From Schizochytrium sp. TIO01 (lineage: Eukaryota; Protista; Bigyra: Labyrinthulomycetes), in assembly GCA_004764695.1 (NCBI GenBank), contig SMSO01000035.1, positions 3,112,040-3,176,039 on the forward strand: a stretch of DNA of 64,000 nt, given 5' to 3'. Both the position numbers and the translations under genes were made by a program. A model generated the notes under the pieces. That model saw nothing but the letters and a program-made list of their open reading frames with translations. It did no database searches and had not been told where the DNA came from. Within the stretch, counting starts at the first letter, position 1. The number at the start of each line of letters is the position of its first letter. Positions 49,101-57,800 of this stretch are shown piece after piece.

Positions 49101-49202
49101 AGTATCTCTAATTTTCTGATAAACACCGTGCGTATGAGGGATCAAACATAGAACAAACAGAATCCATGTCCAAAGTATATAGTTCTGAACTGATCGCTTC
49201 AT
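43191..49202 (-). CDS. Giant (~2000 aa) type-I membrane protein: signal peptide, PAN/apple domains, Cys-rich GCC2/GCC3-like repeats, prealbumin/Ig-like domains, Big-like domain, TM helix, short cytosolic tail
   Basis: Signal MKRSVQNYILWTWILFVLCLIPHTHG (ATG 49202); PAN DCRRLCQQDPDC..CRLK..GSKYC; CAICPVGYYC..CPGGT; TDTEGQFSLGV; DYTGP..FEFDEQID..GVMDLMGN; TM AGAFCVAGIVVALYL followed by RRYHHR. Confidence 0.85.
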   Translation of the reverse strand: MKRSVQNYILWTWILFVLCLIPHTHGVYQKIRDTRDEIDLFPGCMAQGIFSGQPSKIKTIYDVESPKECYHECMRSWTSSRYRGIHLELRKKSFSPLTTTAYIGTSMQPGELLTYAHEQFPIPTAKDSYDWVEASNTAWKDHFYNDAMWFATVQPCYKFQAWNFGDGHRKANYADIEFSGTAVRSGNLNPKYDLSGSDVADVQVATEPLMCSMIGSDPGSELIEEAACRSWQYSQSMQACFLYPDEVISAENASEYKFYPPTRSAFVSGNLYCANDANDMNIPDTYAKMIYSEGCAISGLGSSGTDVANFFGIDTFHDCRRLCQQDPDCIMIHFNVQRRYCRLKKSDALLSLFEPVMNTIHLGSKYCATCLAGFYITDPDSESDSCAICPVGYYCRDDLRINCPGGTRCVKSGLTDPGTAGPESQCSIGYSGVACQHPICRDSKLGINLLRYAFEEPADFDFSVYNVEDLSVTQVIAEKENAATAVIGFQIVIVTAIQSNILDYYRIEVATDGVLIGHYTQPAPTFDCSNNHNTTFISATISDQLDILEIGDTIKICVKLQWADAFVPKSWDSLNVGNNGIPWEPIYHCYFHTVSFLALLDIAVDNLDGNAPSTDVEITYTIGDDPQIFSTMTNLEGKTSLRVTDILATDEYSSITILSASKQSSSSDIRLCPFKEANTPCTKSNTVLLPQTIPLVHLRAHNLRMVDLDSRRVRGRITFPFQGIYPPCGVGGVEVRALNSLQNNVNIASAITDTEGQFSLGVLQNSKITLSFIYGDHTFEPASEDDADADALLSTGLQIKDDTDVYEFVDNTTRSLGVFAAATECEFGLGNITITLTVSACSSVTLQNTLDQPFKSLTSLPATNYSIHLSFLEDEEAQNSFEYQFPGGSPKLQIDLTKSPKSFRFVYQPVPELLGAIAEGSYVPHSGCNSNTLPFDFIVEGNRRIELEIGTIQRYESKRSGEELVCRFLPELTRLNVTSGLSPGFEFPCSTSKPCEISFLNEVIVGLSAHNQSVFRPTVVSGEPQNPISSNSDFHSNLSYFVRVVNLELINEAHWASPLSESLQLKMRMLVIGSKVLRADDVVSFPSEDAIPLYYLYAPPVTSTTADEPPSARASFKGSFSVESTMHFEVENSKTRTIQSKTLREASLNTELPFVNVNVGSSIESNHDDTQISSSLESLEDTSSIVLRETTFELRTTSEVGDMVLFLGSTANLTESITLTYDSSTCTIRSEPSLLWGEAVSSLVYYSRANCEKDLKDIEESIELHKGSSDAQEFLAQAQVGRLKWLNLLKHWDNDFLTARNYPLDLMGMGIDAPFDGNSPNRLILGGGAIDFEETSSHESKELVDFASVYDTHEYSNEYGASISATLSASLSIFGVEVSASSTLQKGANAKWTTVRTHKTENRDFENKKAEITRSTHLVNNDVLNKVCLDIFQSPHSGSHVYSVCGGITRCPHIAGTDARETFTLSVGELPAEELPKDTDKGSFSFFIDTTSQPISDDELNVIISVDAASTTGRIAYRIGSATFNQDFELTIQGRTRHLVVVYYERLDSRVQSSTVSVTVASACDENIAKSIPFRLRWAAPCPSIEWQGGLADPTSTWHLSTGTPSLEVIGISGTTSSSTSALATVWAARYKNGHIMEDWFQVLELDTDTHKATLTGKESGFVDSEKYLLEIRLECRNKDGYVQGSTRSGQRLGLVDYTGPSVTTWTPVYNVKKAVSTVPIASFEFDEQIDCSSTNLEAFITDEERGVSLQAITTCTPLLTTITVHLPLQSANEATLWNSTKVKIVMSGVMDLMGNLANTILVENSRSLQSDNIGLEMIAPVLVDYDGSKGITWNLPTAKEHAQMVNSARDQLLPIGGYTISSTFYHSTSPDGEDETPNNISNTSDNSSSAEGKKKDTSAITYAAPAAGAFCVAGIVVALYLRRYHHRLKSKRDLDQASMVANDENLRSQDSRKGDTKESTDLCRSMADSTRSPNLITENESRFSKPSQVRHSDTVPSDAEPK

Positions 49203-49347
49203 TTTCAACAAGGTTTAGCACCTTTTCAAATTTGGGTATTGCTGATCACACCAACCTTTTTGGCTACTAAGGAAAGATAGCTGCTAACGAACAAACGCAT
49301 TGTATCATTCAAATACGAGTTCTGCTCAAGGTAATGAGTTTTGTACC

Positions 49348-49484
49348 TTAGAAAACATGTTCACGAAGCTAATATGTTTGAGGAGATGACAAAAGCTATG
49401 CTGCAAACGTAATTCGGCTGCTTTTCGGTTGATCTCGTCATGTCTACCCAAACTAATGGCCAACCTACCAGCCTCACCGTAGCA
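49348..49484 (+). repeat. 137-bp segment present only in duplication copy 2
   Basis: Copy of 29039-29175; absent at the equivalent site 39576/39577 in copy 1. Confidence 0.88.
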
Positions 49485-51483
49485 GAGATAGAGGAGGATA
49501 TCTTTGATACGCACAAACGAAATAATAGGGAGTATCACTTACCGTTGATCTATACTGACTGATAATATCCTTCCAAGTACTTAATACATGTTCCAGTTAT
49601 GCTCGTTGAGCATAGCGTGCACCGAGATAATTGAATTCTACAAGGAATGAAACCAATGAGTATCCATGTGCATTTAAAAGAATGCTATCATCCAAACGCA
49701 GATACGTTTACAAAACCAAACCATGAAGTCTAGACTCATTGGAATTATCAACCAAATAAGTTAAGACAAGCTAGTTTAGCCACCCTTACTTCTTCTTCTC
49801 AAAGAAGCGCAGCGCTCTCTATTCTTTGATATTATGAGCAACAATGTCAAGTTGTCTTTTAGCATATGCATATTAGTGCATATCTAAATGCACAGTTTTG
49901 GAAGGGGGGTATTAAAAAAAAACAAAAAAACATAAGAAATATTATACATAGGGTCTATATTTTCTTTCTGTCAAGCATGACTGAAAGCTCACTCAACTGA
50001 CGTAGAGTTCGTGTGTCATGCTCCTATTTGCGCATCTTTATATAACCCCCCTTGAGTGTTCTGCTCGTCAAAAATTGAAACTGACGCTGCATACAAAAGG
50101 TTGTTTGCGGTATCCGTGAAGAAGAATGTGTACTAGATGACTCTTATGAATAGATTAAATCACCTTAACTCCGCCAATAGCAAATTATCAAAAACTTCAG
50201 CTCTTCTGGCTACAGCCGTTGCAACTCCGTTGAACACGAAAGATTCAAGGAGAAAGATGAATTGACGTCACAGTAAATATGCGACTTCAGGTTATGTTAG
50301 AGGAGGGATGTGAACAAGCACCTCTACTATAGTATCATAAGGATTGGGTGTGCTGTTGATGAGAATGTTCACCCTCGTGCACAACCTCGTTTCTTCGAAT
50401 TAATATGAAATATGTAGGTAACTAGTGCAGCATAAGAACATGGTCACACTCTGATGCCTCACGTTTGGAATAACTCGTGCCCATGTATTGCACAGGAGTT
50501 TCTTCCTATCGTCTCTCATGGTACCCACTCCGATGGACGGGCGTCAGTATTGTAGATTTGCACGGTCAGAGAGCGTCTATCGATCTTTATTTTAGAGAAC
50601 CATATGCTCCTCATTTCACGCACTGTGTCGAACCGTGCCGTGTTCAAAAGGCACTTGAAACTGTGACGTAATGTGACATAGAAACGCTGGGATTAATCAA
50701 GAAATCTGGTGAATCAGAGCAATTACCTCAATGCTTACGGGGTGGGCAAGTGAAAGAGCTACCCGGTATTATGTATCCAATGTCGAAAAGCACAGACATC
50801 TTTATCTAACATACGAAGCCCAGTCAATAAGATAGATGACTTTGGCGAAGTAAAGGTTAGAAGAGACAAAGGCAAATATAACGAAATTCTGCTGTCAGTC
50901 ATCCGGTAATTTTTAGCAGCTTCTGTAATTTAGCTAGTATGAACGTGATTTTTGTAATATCCTTCTGAAACCCATTTCTTAGGTGTGCAGCCTGAGTACT
51001 CTGGGCAGCGTCGGTTCTAGGCATTCTGGCGAGAAAGTTTTGGCACGTACAGGTAACTAACTACTAAGCAACTAGTATCCAATACTTCTCGTAGCTATGT
51101 TTACATCATGCTTAATACCCTGTTAATCGCCAGTACCTACCAGCTGCTACTACAGGGGACTATATATGTGGATGAGAACACTGAGCGAGCAAGAGGGTGT
51201 GTTTCGTAATTGCTCATACTAGTAGACCACAGAAACTGGTTCTGACCTTCAAAAGCACGTGAGAATGGATAAAGTTGGATGCAATTGATTTTTCGGGATT
51301 CTGGCCCATTGGATTTGTGCACATCGACGGGTTCCAGGATTCAGCATGGTACTAGACCCAGGAGTGAGTTGAATGGGAACTGCAGAACTCTTTCGACGAT
51401 TGGTCTTACGCCATTGTTGTTGTTGTTGCTTGAGGGGAAAGTAGCTTCAACAGGTAGCCCGGTGAAAGGCTGGGGTTCTGACA

Positions 51484-52788
51484 ATGGCAGACATGTGTGG
51501 CAATACCGATCTTTACCTGACCCCATTCTTTGAGAGCTATTATCATAAGCCCTGGGGAAATGGGCTTTGTGGTCATGGCTCTTGCGTTGAAGGTCTATGT
51601 GTTTGCGAGAAGGGCTGGACGGGCTTGTCTGACTTTATCAATACTGAAGGCATTACATGCGATATCAATATATACGTTGTGAAAGCTCTGTGGGCGTTCA
51701 ACCTTGCCTTCTCTGCACACCAATTCTGGACAAGTCGATATCGTTTGTTGAACAAGCGAAAACAGCATCACCATCTCGTTCGTATCAACTTAGCCAAAGG
51801 ACGCAAATATACCTTGATTCATAATAAAGGACTCTGCGCGCTAATTATGGCCATATGTGTGTGCATGCCAGCTATTTGGATTGTTGGATTGCTGAGGATC
51901 GGCACCAATACAGAACGTGTTGGCCATACATGGGCAATCACAATATTTTTTGCGATTGCCAAGATAGGTTTCAGCTTAGCTTCATACTTTTTCCAGCCAC
52001 ACCTTCTCTCAACTATGCTTAAAGGCTGTCGCCATGGTGACATCCTTGTCAATCTAGCAAAATTATGGGGTCTCGCCAACGCTACTATCTCAATCATTAT
52101 TGCTATCCTACCTATTGTCACAGTAGCTGCTTCAAGTAATGGGCGTGACAGCGTGGCTCAAGCAGTTTATCTGACGTACATGAGCGGCTCATTGCTTTGC
52201 ATGATTTTTCATGGACTCCAAGCAGTCTTTATCACTAGACGCTTTCAAAAACTTGCAGAGCTTACGGGGAGCTCAGGGAAAACAGACCGCTGGCAGCACA
52301 GCAAACGTCGCGTCTACCGCCTGCAACAGGAAGCATGGATGCAGTCTCTCTTCCAAGGAATTGTGTACACTCTTTTCATTTTCATGCCCTTTATGCACAA
52401 TAAGATGGACTACTTTATTCCAATCGGCTGGCTTGCCTATCACATTTTATATCGTAAAATGAGCAAAGCAACAGCGTCTTCGGATAAAAACAATCTGGAG
52501 CAGCACATTTCGCTAAACAGTATCCCAACCGACTCAACCTCAGACATGGAGGACCAATCTATTGCTTCTTCAAAAAGTGGATCAACTCATGCCTCTCTAT
52601 CCGGACGAGTCTTTACCTCTTTCCTTAATTTTAAAGCTGCATATACCAACCCAGCGATACAACGTTCAGGATTAAATACATATGTCCCTACCACAAGTGA
52701 CGACAGGAAAATTGTCCTCAAAGAAACAGGAGTCAAGGTTGAAGGAGGAGAACATGATCATGATAGTGACGATGAGAACTATGTATAA
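51484..52788 (+). CDS. EGF-like + 7TM receptor, paralog 4
   Basis: MADMCGNT start, 6 Cys, HNKGL, QPHLLSTMLKG, NKMDYFIPIGW; ends DDENYV. Confidence 0.85.
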   Translation: MADMCGNTDLYLTPFFESYYHKPWGNGLCGHGSCVEGLCVCEKGWTGLSDFINTEGITCDINIYVVKALWAFNLAFSAHQFWTSRYRLLNKRKQHHHLVRINLAKGRKYTLIHNKGLCALIMAICVCMPAIWIVGLLRIGTNTERVGHTWAITIFFAIAKIGFSLASYFFQPHLLSTMLKGCRHGDILVNLAKLWGLANATISIIIAILPIVTVAASSNGRDSVAQAVYLTYMSGSLLCMIFHGLQAVFITRRFQKLAELTGSSGKTDRWQHSKRRVYRLQQEAWMQSLFQGIVYTLFIFMPFMHNKMDYFIPIGWLAYHILYRKMSKATASSDKNNLEQHISLNSIPTDSTSDMEDQSIASSKSGSTHASLSGRVFTSFLNFKAAYTNPAIQRSGLNTYVPTTSDDRKIVLKETGVKVEGGEHDHDSDDENYV

Positions 52789-52912
52789 TTTATAAGTATA
52801 TTTAGAGTTATCTAACCTTGCAGCTTCACTAATACGGGATGTGCCGGCGTAAATATGGAAAATTCAGGCACGGGAGTGTCAGGAGGGCCGAGAAGCTGTT
52901 CCTGCAAATGTG

Positions 52913-54274
52913 TTAGTGCGCAACCCGTTCTAGAGAAAACAAATCAAGGATAACTTGATCGTCTTCAGAAAGATGGAAATCAGCAAAGTTAGTTGATACG
53001 AGTGAAGCGATTGCCCGACCTACAGAGAAAGTGCGCACCATTCCATGACCACCGAATCCAATAGCTGCGTACTGCCCTTTTCGCTCGACAAGATGCCCAA
53101 CGAGTGGACGCCGGTCCTCAGTAAAGCACATGAGGCCAGTCCATGTGTTAAGTATCTCAAATGTGGAATCAGGGTAGATTTTAGTTAAAGCTTGAACAAG
53201 GGCATCCTTCACCTGGTCCTCTGGCTCGCCTTCATCTGAATAATTCTCTCCTTCGTTTGTTGCAGCATGTCGACATCCGCCAAATATGATTACATTGTCG
53301 CGTACGCGCTGGATCAGGTATTCCTCATGACTACCTTCGCAACTTTCAAAAGTGAGCGTGCGCGGGGCCACGACGGGTCCTCTCCCTCCAGAAACTTGTG
53401 CGGCAATACATTGACCACGAACACCTTTGCAGTATTTTTGCAGTCGATCTGGTAGCAACTCTAGCCCGAATGCATTTGAGGCGTGGACGACGGTCTCAGT
53501 TAAAACCTTGATTAATCCATTCTCAGCGCTGTTTAAACTGACACTCCATAGCTGCTTTTCATCAACCACGACCTTCTCAATCGAAGTTACTTTGCATGAA
53601 GTTTCGACACGTACACCGAGCTTCCTCGCCTGATCGACTAAGGCAAGTACAAGGCGACCTGGCACCATCTGGCCTGCACCAGGAATAATAACTCCACTTA
53701 AATGTTCTTCATTGCATTGTGGGCTTACGACGCCTTCTGTGCGCACTCCCTGATTATCAAGAAATGTTTGTTGGGTTTTGTTTGCAAAATCTTGCAAGAA
53801 TGGGGCTTCCTTTGGATCCATTGAAAAATGAACACTGCCCGGATGATGTAACTCGATGGCATCGCGCACACTAGAATCTTCAAGCGAAGAAATGAACTTC
53901 CCAACTGCTTCAACATCCGCCTGCTCTATACGCATGTGCTTCTGGCCAATCTCATCTCCAGGCTCAGCAACTTCAGCAAGCTGATGCCCCCCATTGCGGC
54001 CTGTCGCGCCGTCGCAAAGACCTCTTGCCTCTACAACCAGAATGTCCTCTGATGGATTAAGCACAGAGGATTTGGCCAAGTGAAATGCAACTGATGCCCC
54101 TGTCATGCCACATCCAATGACGAGAGCTTTCACCCGATGTTGGACAGACAAGTCTTGAGTTGTAAACTTCGTCGTAAGGTCATGAATTTGGACTGGTTTA
54201 TCCTCTGGAAGACATGAATACCAAAACGGTGAGGTCTTTGTCTCAGAAGTTGAAGATCCAATCGTTGATGTCAT
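52913..54274 (-). CDS. FAD-dependent oxidoreductase, DAO family
   Basis: VIGCGMTG dinucleotide-binding motif, GATGRNGGH, WTGLMCFTEDRRPLVG, GFGGHGM. Confidence 0.9.
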   Translation of the reverse strand: MTSTIGSSTSETKTSPFWYSCLPEDKPVQIHDLTTKFTTQDLSVQHRVKALVIGCGMTGASVAFHLAKSSVLNPSEDILVVEARGLCDGATGRNGGHQLAEVAEPGDEIGQKHMRIEQADVEAVGKFISSLEDSSVRDAIELHHPGSVHFSMDPKEAPFLQDFANKTQQTFLDNQGVRTEGVVSPQCNEEHLSGVIIPGAGQMVPGRLVLALVDQARKLGVRVETSCKVTSIEKVVVDEKQLWSVSLNSAENGLIKVLTETVVHASNAFGLELLPDRLQKYCKGVRGQCIAAQVSGGRGPVVAPRTLTFESCEGSHEEYLIQRVRDNVIIFGGCRHAATNEGENYSDEGEPEDQVKDALVQALTKIYPDSTFEILNTWTGLMCFTEDRRPLVGHLVERKGQYAAIGFGGHGMVRTFSVGRAIASLVSTNFADFHLSEDDQVILDLFSLERVAH

Positions 54275-54895
54275 TATTGATCTAGTTTTCTTGTTGTACT
54301 GCTGAAGTTAGTGTTATAGCGTCGTGCTCGTAATCACTCCCTGCTGCTACTTCAACGATTGACTTAATTGGGCTACTTTAGCGAGCTTGGAAAGCTATAC
54401 CTGGTAGCCTTCGGTTCCTGCGTACGATGGAATGATGTCCTTTACTAAACGAGATGATTGTCTTGTCTTTATTGGACAAAACGGGATGATCAAGTTCTGC
54501 TCAGATCTCAAGAATTCTTTCTCGGAGAGTCATTAGGCGTGATGAGAAAAGAAGAAGATAAGTGTATCACAAAAACTAGGTAGGGTATATCCTTGTCTCC
54601 TGTGTGCACTCGCGCGCGAGTGAGCCATAGGACAGCCCTTTATAAGTTCTCAGGTCACCAAAGACCGGTGCACACTCCTAGTGGGCGCCGCGGAGGAAAC
54701 CCCAAGGTGAGACCCAGGAGTCGCTTGTTATCGAGAGCGACAATGATCATCAGGTTGATAACGAGAATAGAAACCAGAGAGTTGTGATCATTTTGAAGAG
54801 GTCCTTCGACAGCTCGATATAGTTTATGTTTGACTCGGGGAGGAGGCGGTTAGAAGCCAACAGCGTGGAGGCTCGACCTATATGCACAGGTATCA

Positions 54896-57800
54896 ATGGT
54901 AGAACCTCAAGAGTATGCAGGTGCTGAGACAAAAGTTCGACACAGGCCGCCGTCAGGACATTTCAGAACCCAGCAAGCAGCTGAAGTAGAAGCTCCTTCA
55001 TATTTGACAAATAGGGAACGAGGTCAATGGAAACCTCCAAGGCATGGACGAAGGCGCAGCTCTGCAACCTTTGTCGGTCCTGGAAAGGGCTCAGATCGTA
55101 GAAGCAGCAGTCTGCAAGCTGTGGCACGACACTCCCTCAACGCTTCAAATGTATATATTACCAACGCTCAGTCTGGTCGTTCCGGTGACATCGGGAGACG
55201 CTCAAGCATACCTTATTATGGAGGCGTTGTCGGACGAGCACGAATGAGTAGTGTTATGGTAACACCAGATGACGAATTGGAGATCAATCAAAATAGCAAT
55301 AGTATTTTACGAGAAGAAGTTCTTGCCAAAGTACCCTCTGTTCAGGTTCGGCCACCATTATTGCGACCCCATGACGAGCCTGTAAGGTTTCACTTTACTC
55401 TTGCAGATGAGGGAAGTATAGAAAGCGAGCCAGAAACCAACGCAGATGTTTTGTACACTGACTATGTAAAAGTGCATGGATCGCATCGTGCTGCTCTTCA
55501 GCAAAAGTTTAGAGACGAAGAAGCCGAAGTTGATCATCAGGCCTGGCTTGTTAGAAAGGAAGAATTTGAAATATATACGAAGAAAGAAGCTGAGCGTGAG
55601 AAGGAAAGACGATGGACAAGGGGTCTTCCTCGACAAGCTCGGAATGTCAAAGAAGCTATACATCTAGAGAGGTTCAGAAAACTTGAGCGCCTGGAGTTGC
55701 ATATGTCAGAGCGCGATGATGTCGATCAACTTGTGCACCAAGCGCCATATACAAACCGTCTAGATTTGCAAGGAAAGCTAAAAGACAACAACATTGAGCT
55801 CTTCGAGGCTTTGATGCAGGATGAGCGAACTCTCCGTGTTATTGAGGCACGTCTAGCTCGGAACTGCCTACGTGAGGTACCAGAAAAACTACACATCCAT
55901 CTTCCGTTGCTTCAGGTTCTAGATCTCTCTCAAAATTTGTTGGAAAACCTTCCTGCGGACCTCGAAAAGTTAACCAACCTCCAAGAGCTCAACATTCAGT
56001 ATAATAAATTTGAGGAGGTCCCGCAATGCGTGTACAGCCTGCCTAAGCTGAGTATTTTCATTGCAGGGGGGAATACATTTTTGGATCTTCACTATCGCAT
56101 AGCGCGTGCAAAGACTCTAAAGCGACTATCTTTAGACAACAACAAAATTGTTACCTTACCCTTAGCTTTGTCAGAGCTGACACATTGTGAGTATTTGAAC
56201 CTCAATCATAATAATCTTGAGACCCTGGCTCTTTTCCCGCCCCCTGCTTATACGTCGATGACGGTGGAAGAGCTTCGAGATGATCTTAAAAATTGGAAAC
56301 CGATTGTAGATCCACGGACAGGCGAAAAGGGGTTTATACATCAGCATACCCGTAAAGGTCGTCGATCGTTAACAGCTCTTTATGATGAGGCAATGCTTGA
56401 TCAAGACCCAGAACTTGAGGGTTTTGATGTGAATGGAGAAGATGCAATGGCTCGCTTCATCTCAGGAAATTCGGAACCTTCTAAAAATAGTTCAAGCAAT
56501 ACCGTAAACCAGAAGACCTCACCTCCTGACCCGAGTATTCTTACGAAACTTGATTTGTCAAAGATTGTAGATAAAACTCGCATCAACAAGCGGAGGCTGA
56601 AGCAGCGCCAAGCCCTTGCTCAAGCCAAAAAGCCAGAATGGAAATATTGGATCAATGATGAAAATGGGTCAACGGAATATGGTAATTTAGTGACTAATGA
56701 AGTGATACGCCAAGGTATACCAAGAGTTCTAGATCGTTGGAACACACTCGAGCATTTACGAGAGCTTTTCCTTAATTGCAATCAACTCACTGATCTTCCC
56801 GCTAGCCTTGGTAAACTTCCCAGGCTAGAACGTCTTGAAGCTTCGCAAAATCGTTTAGTCTTTATACCAGAGGAAGTCACATTATTGCCACAGCTTCGAT
56901 TCCTCGTTTTGCGCGAAAATAGACTAGAAGTGTTACCCACTACAATAGGTCGTTTATCCCAGCTAGAGCAGCTCGAGCTTTCTGGAAACTGTATTCGAGA
57001 TATCCCAAGCTCAATGCGCCAATGTATAAACCTTCGAATCTTGAATCTGACTACAAACAACATTGAGGAGTTGAATAGTGGAATTGGTGACCTTCCCAAT
57101 CTAACAGACCTTTCATTAATCGATAACCCTCATTTACGACATCCTTCACCTGATGTTGCTCGGCAGGGAGCTGCCGCAATTCTATGGGATTGTCGCAATC
57201 GAGAAAAACTTCGACTCATTGGACCACCTCCACCTGCTGTTCTTCGCGAAAATGTGGGTGTGTCTGGCGAACATCATGTGGTAGAAGGCTTATATCACAA
57301 GAAGTTATCTGTGATCTTCGAGAGAGCGCGAGTTACTGGCATTCTCAAGCTCCACTTCTTTGGACTGCGTGCGCTACCAGATCAAACGTTCTCACTAACT
57401 AGATTGCGGGAGTTGCGTATTTCAGGGCACGCGACGATCAGGGCTATCCCGAAACACGTGTCTCGTCTTCACAGCCTTCAAGTCTTGAGTTTCCCTGCCA
57501 ATGCACTAGAAAGCCTGCCCGAGACACTAGCATTCTGGAAACCTTTACAAGAACTTACTGAGCTAGACTTTTCTGATAACAGAATAGTCAAGCTCCCGGC
57601 AGCTATTCACGTTTTATCCAAACTAAAGGTAATTAACGTCAATGGAAACCTCATCGAAGAAATTGATGGAAAGGTTTTTTCTGGGGGGCTGGCCAAAAGC
57701 TTGCAGAGAATTCTACTAAACAGCAACCGCATAAGGGAACTTCCTAGCGAAATCAGTGAATTGTCTGAGCTCCAGGATTTACAGCTCACATACAACTGTT

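Larger units (their letters stand above)
40942..50888 (+). repeat. Segmental tandem duplication, copy 2
   Basis: Colinear with 30007-40941; shorter mainly because gene D has fewer internal repeats. Confidence 0.95.

Noticed and set aside
30007-50888. Duplicated unit as a transposon or endogenous virus
   Set aside because: No terminal repeats, TSD, integrase, capsid or polymerase genes are visible.
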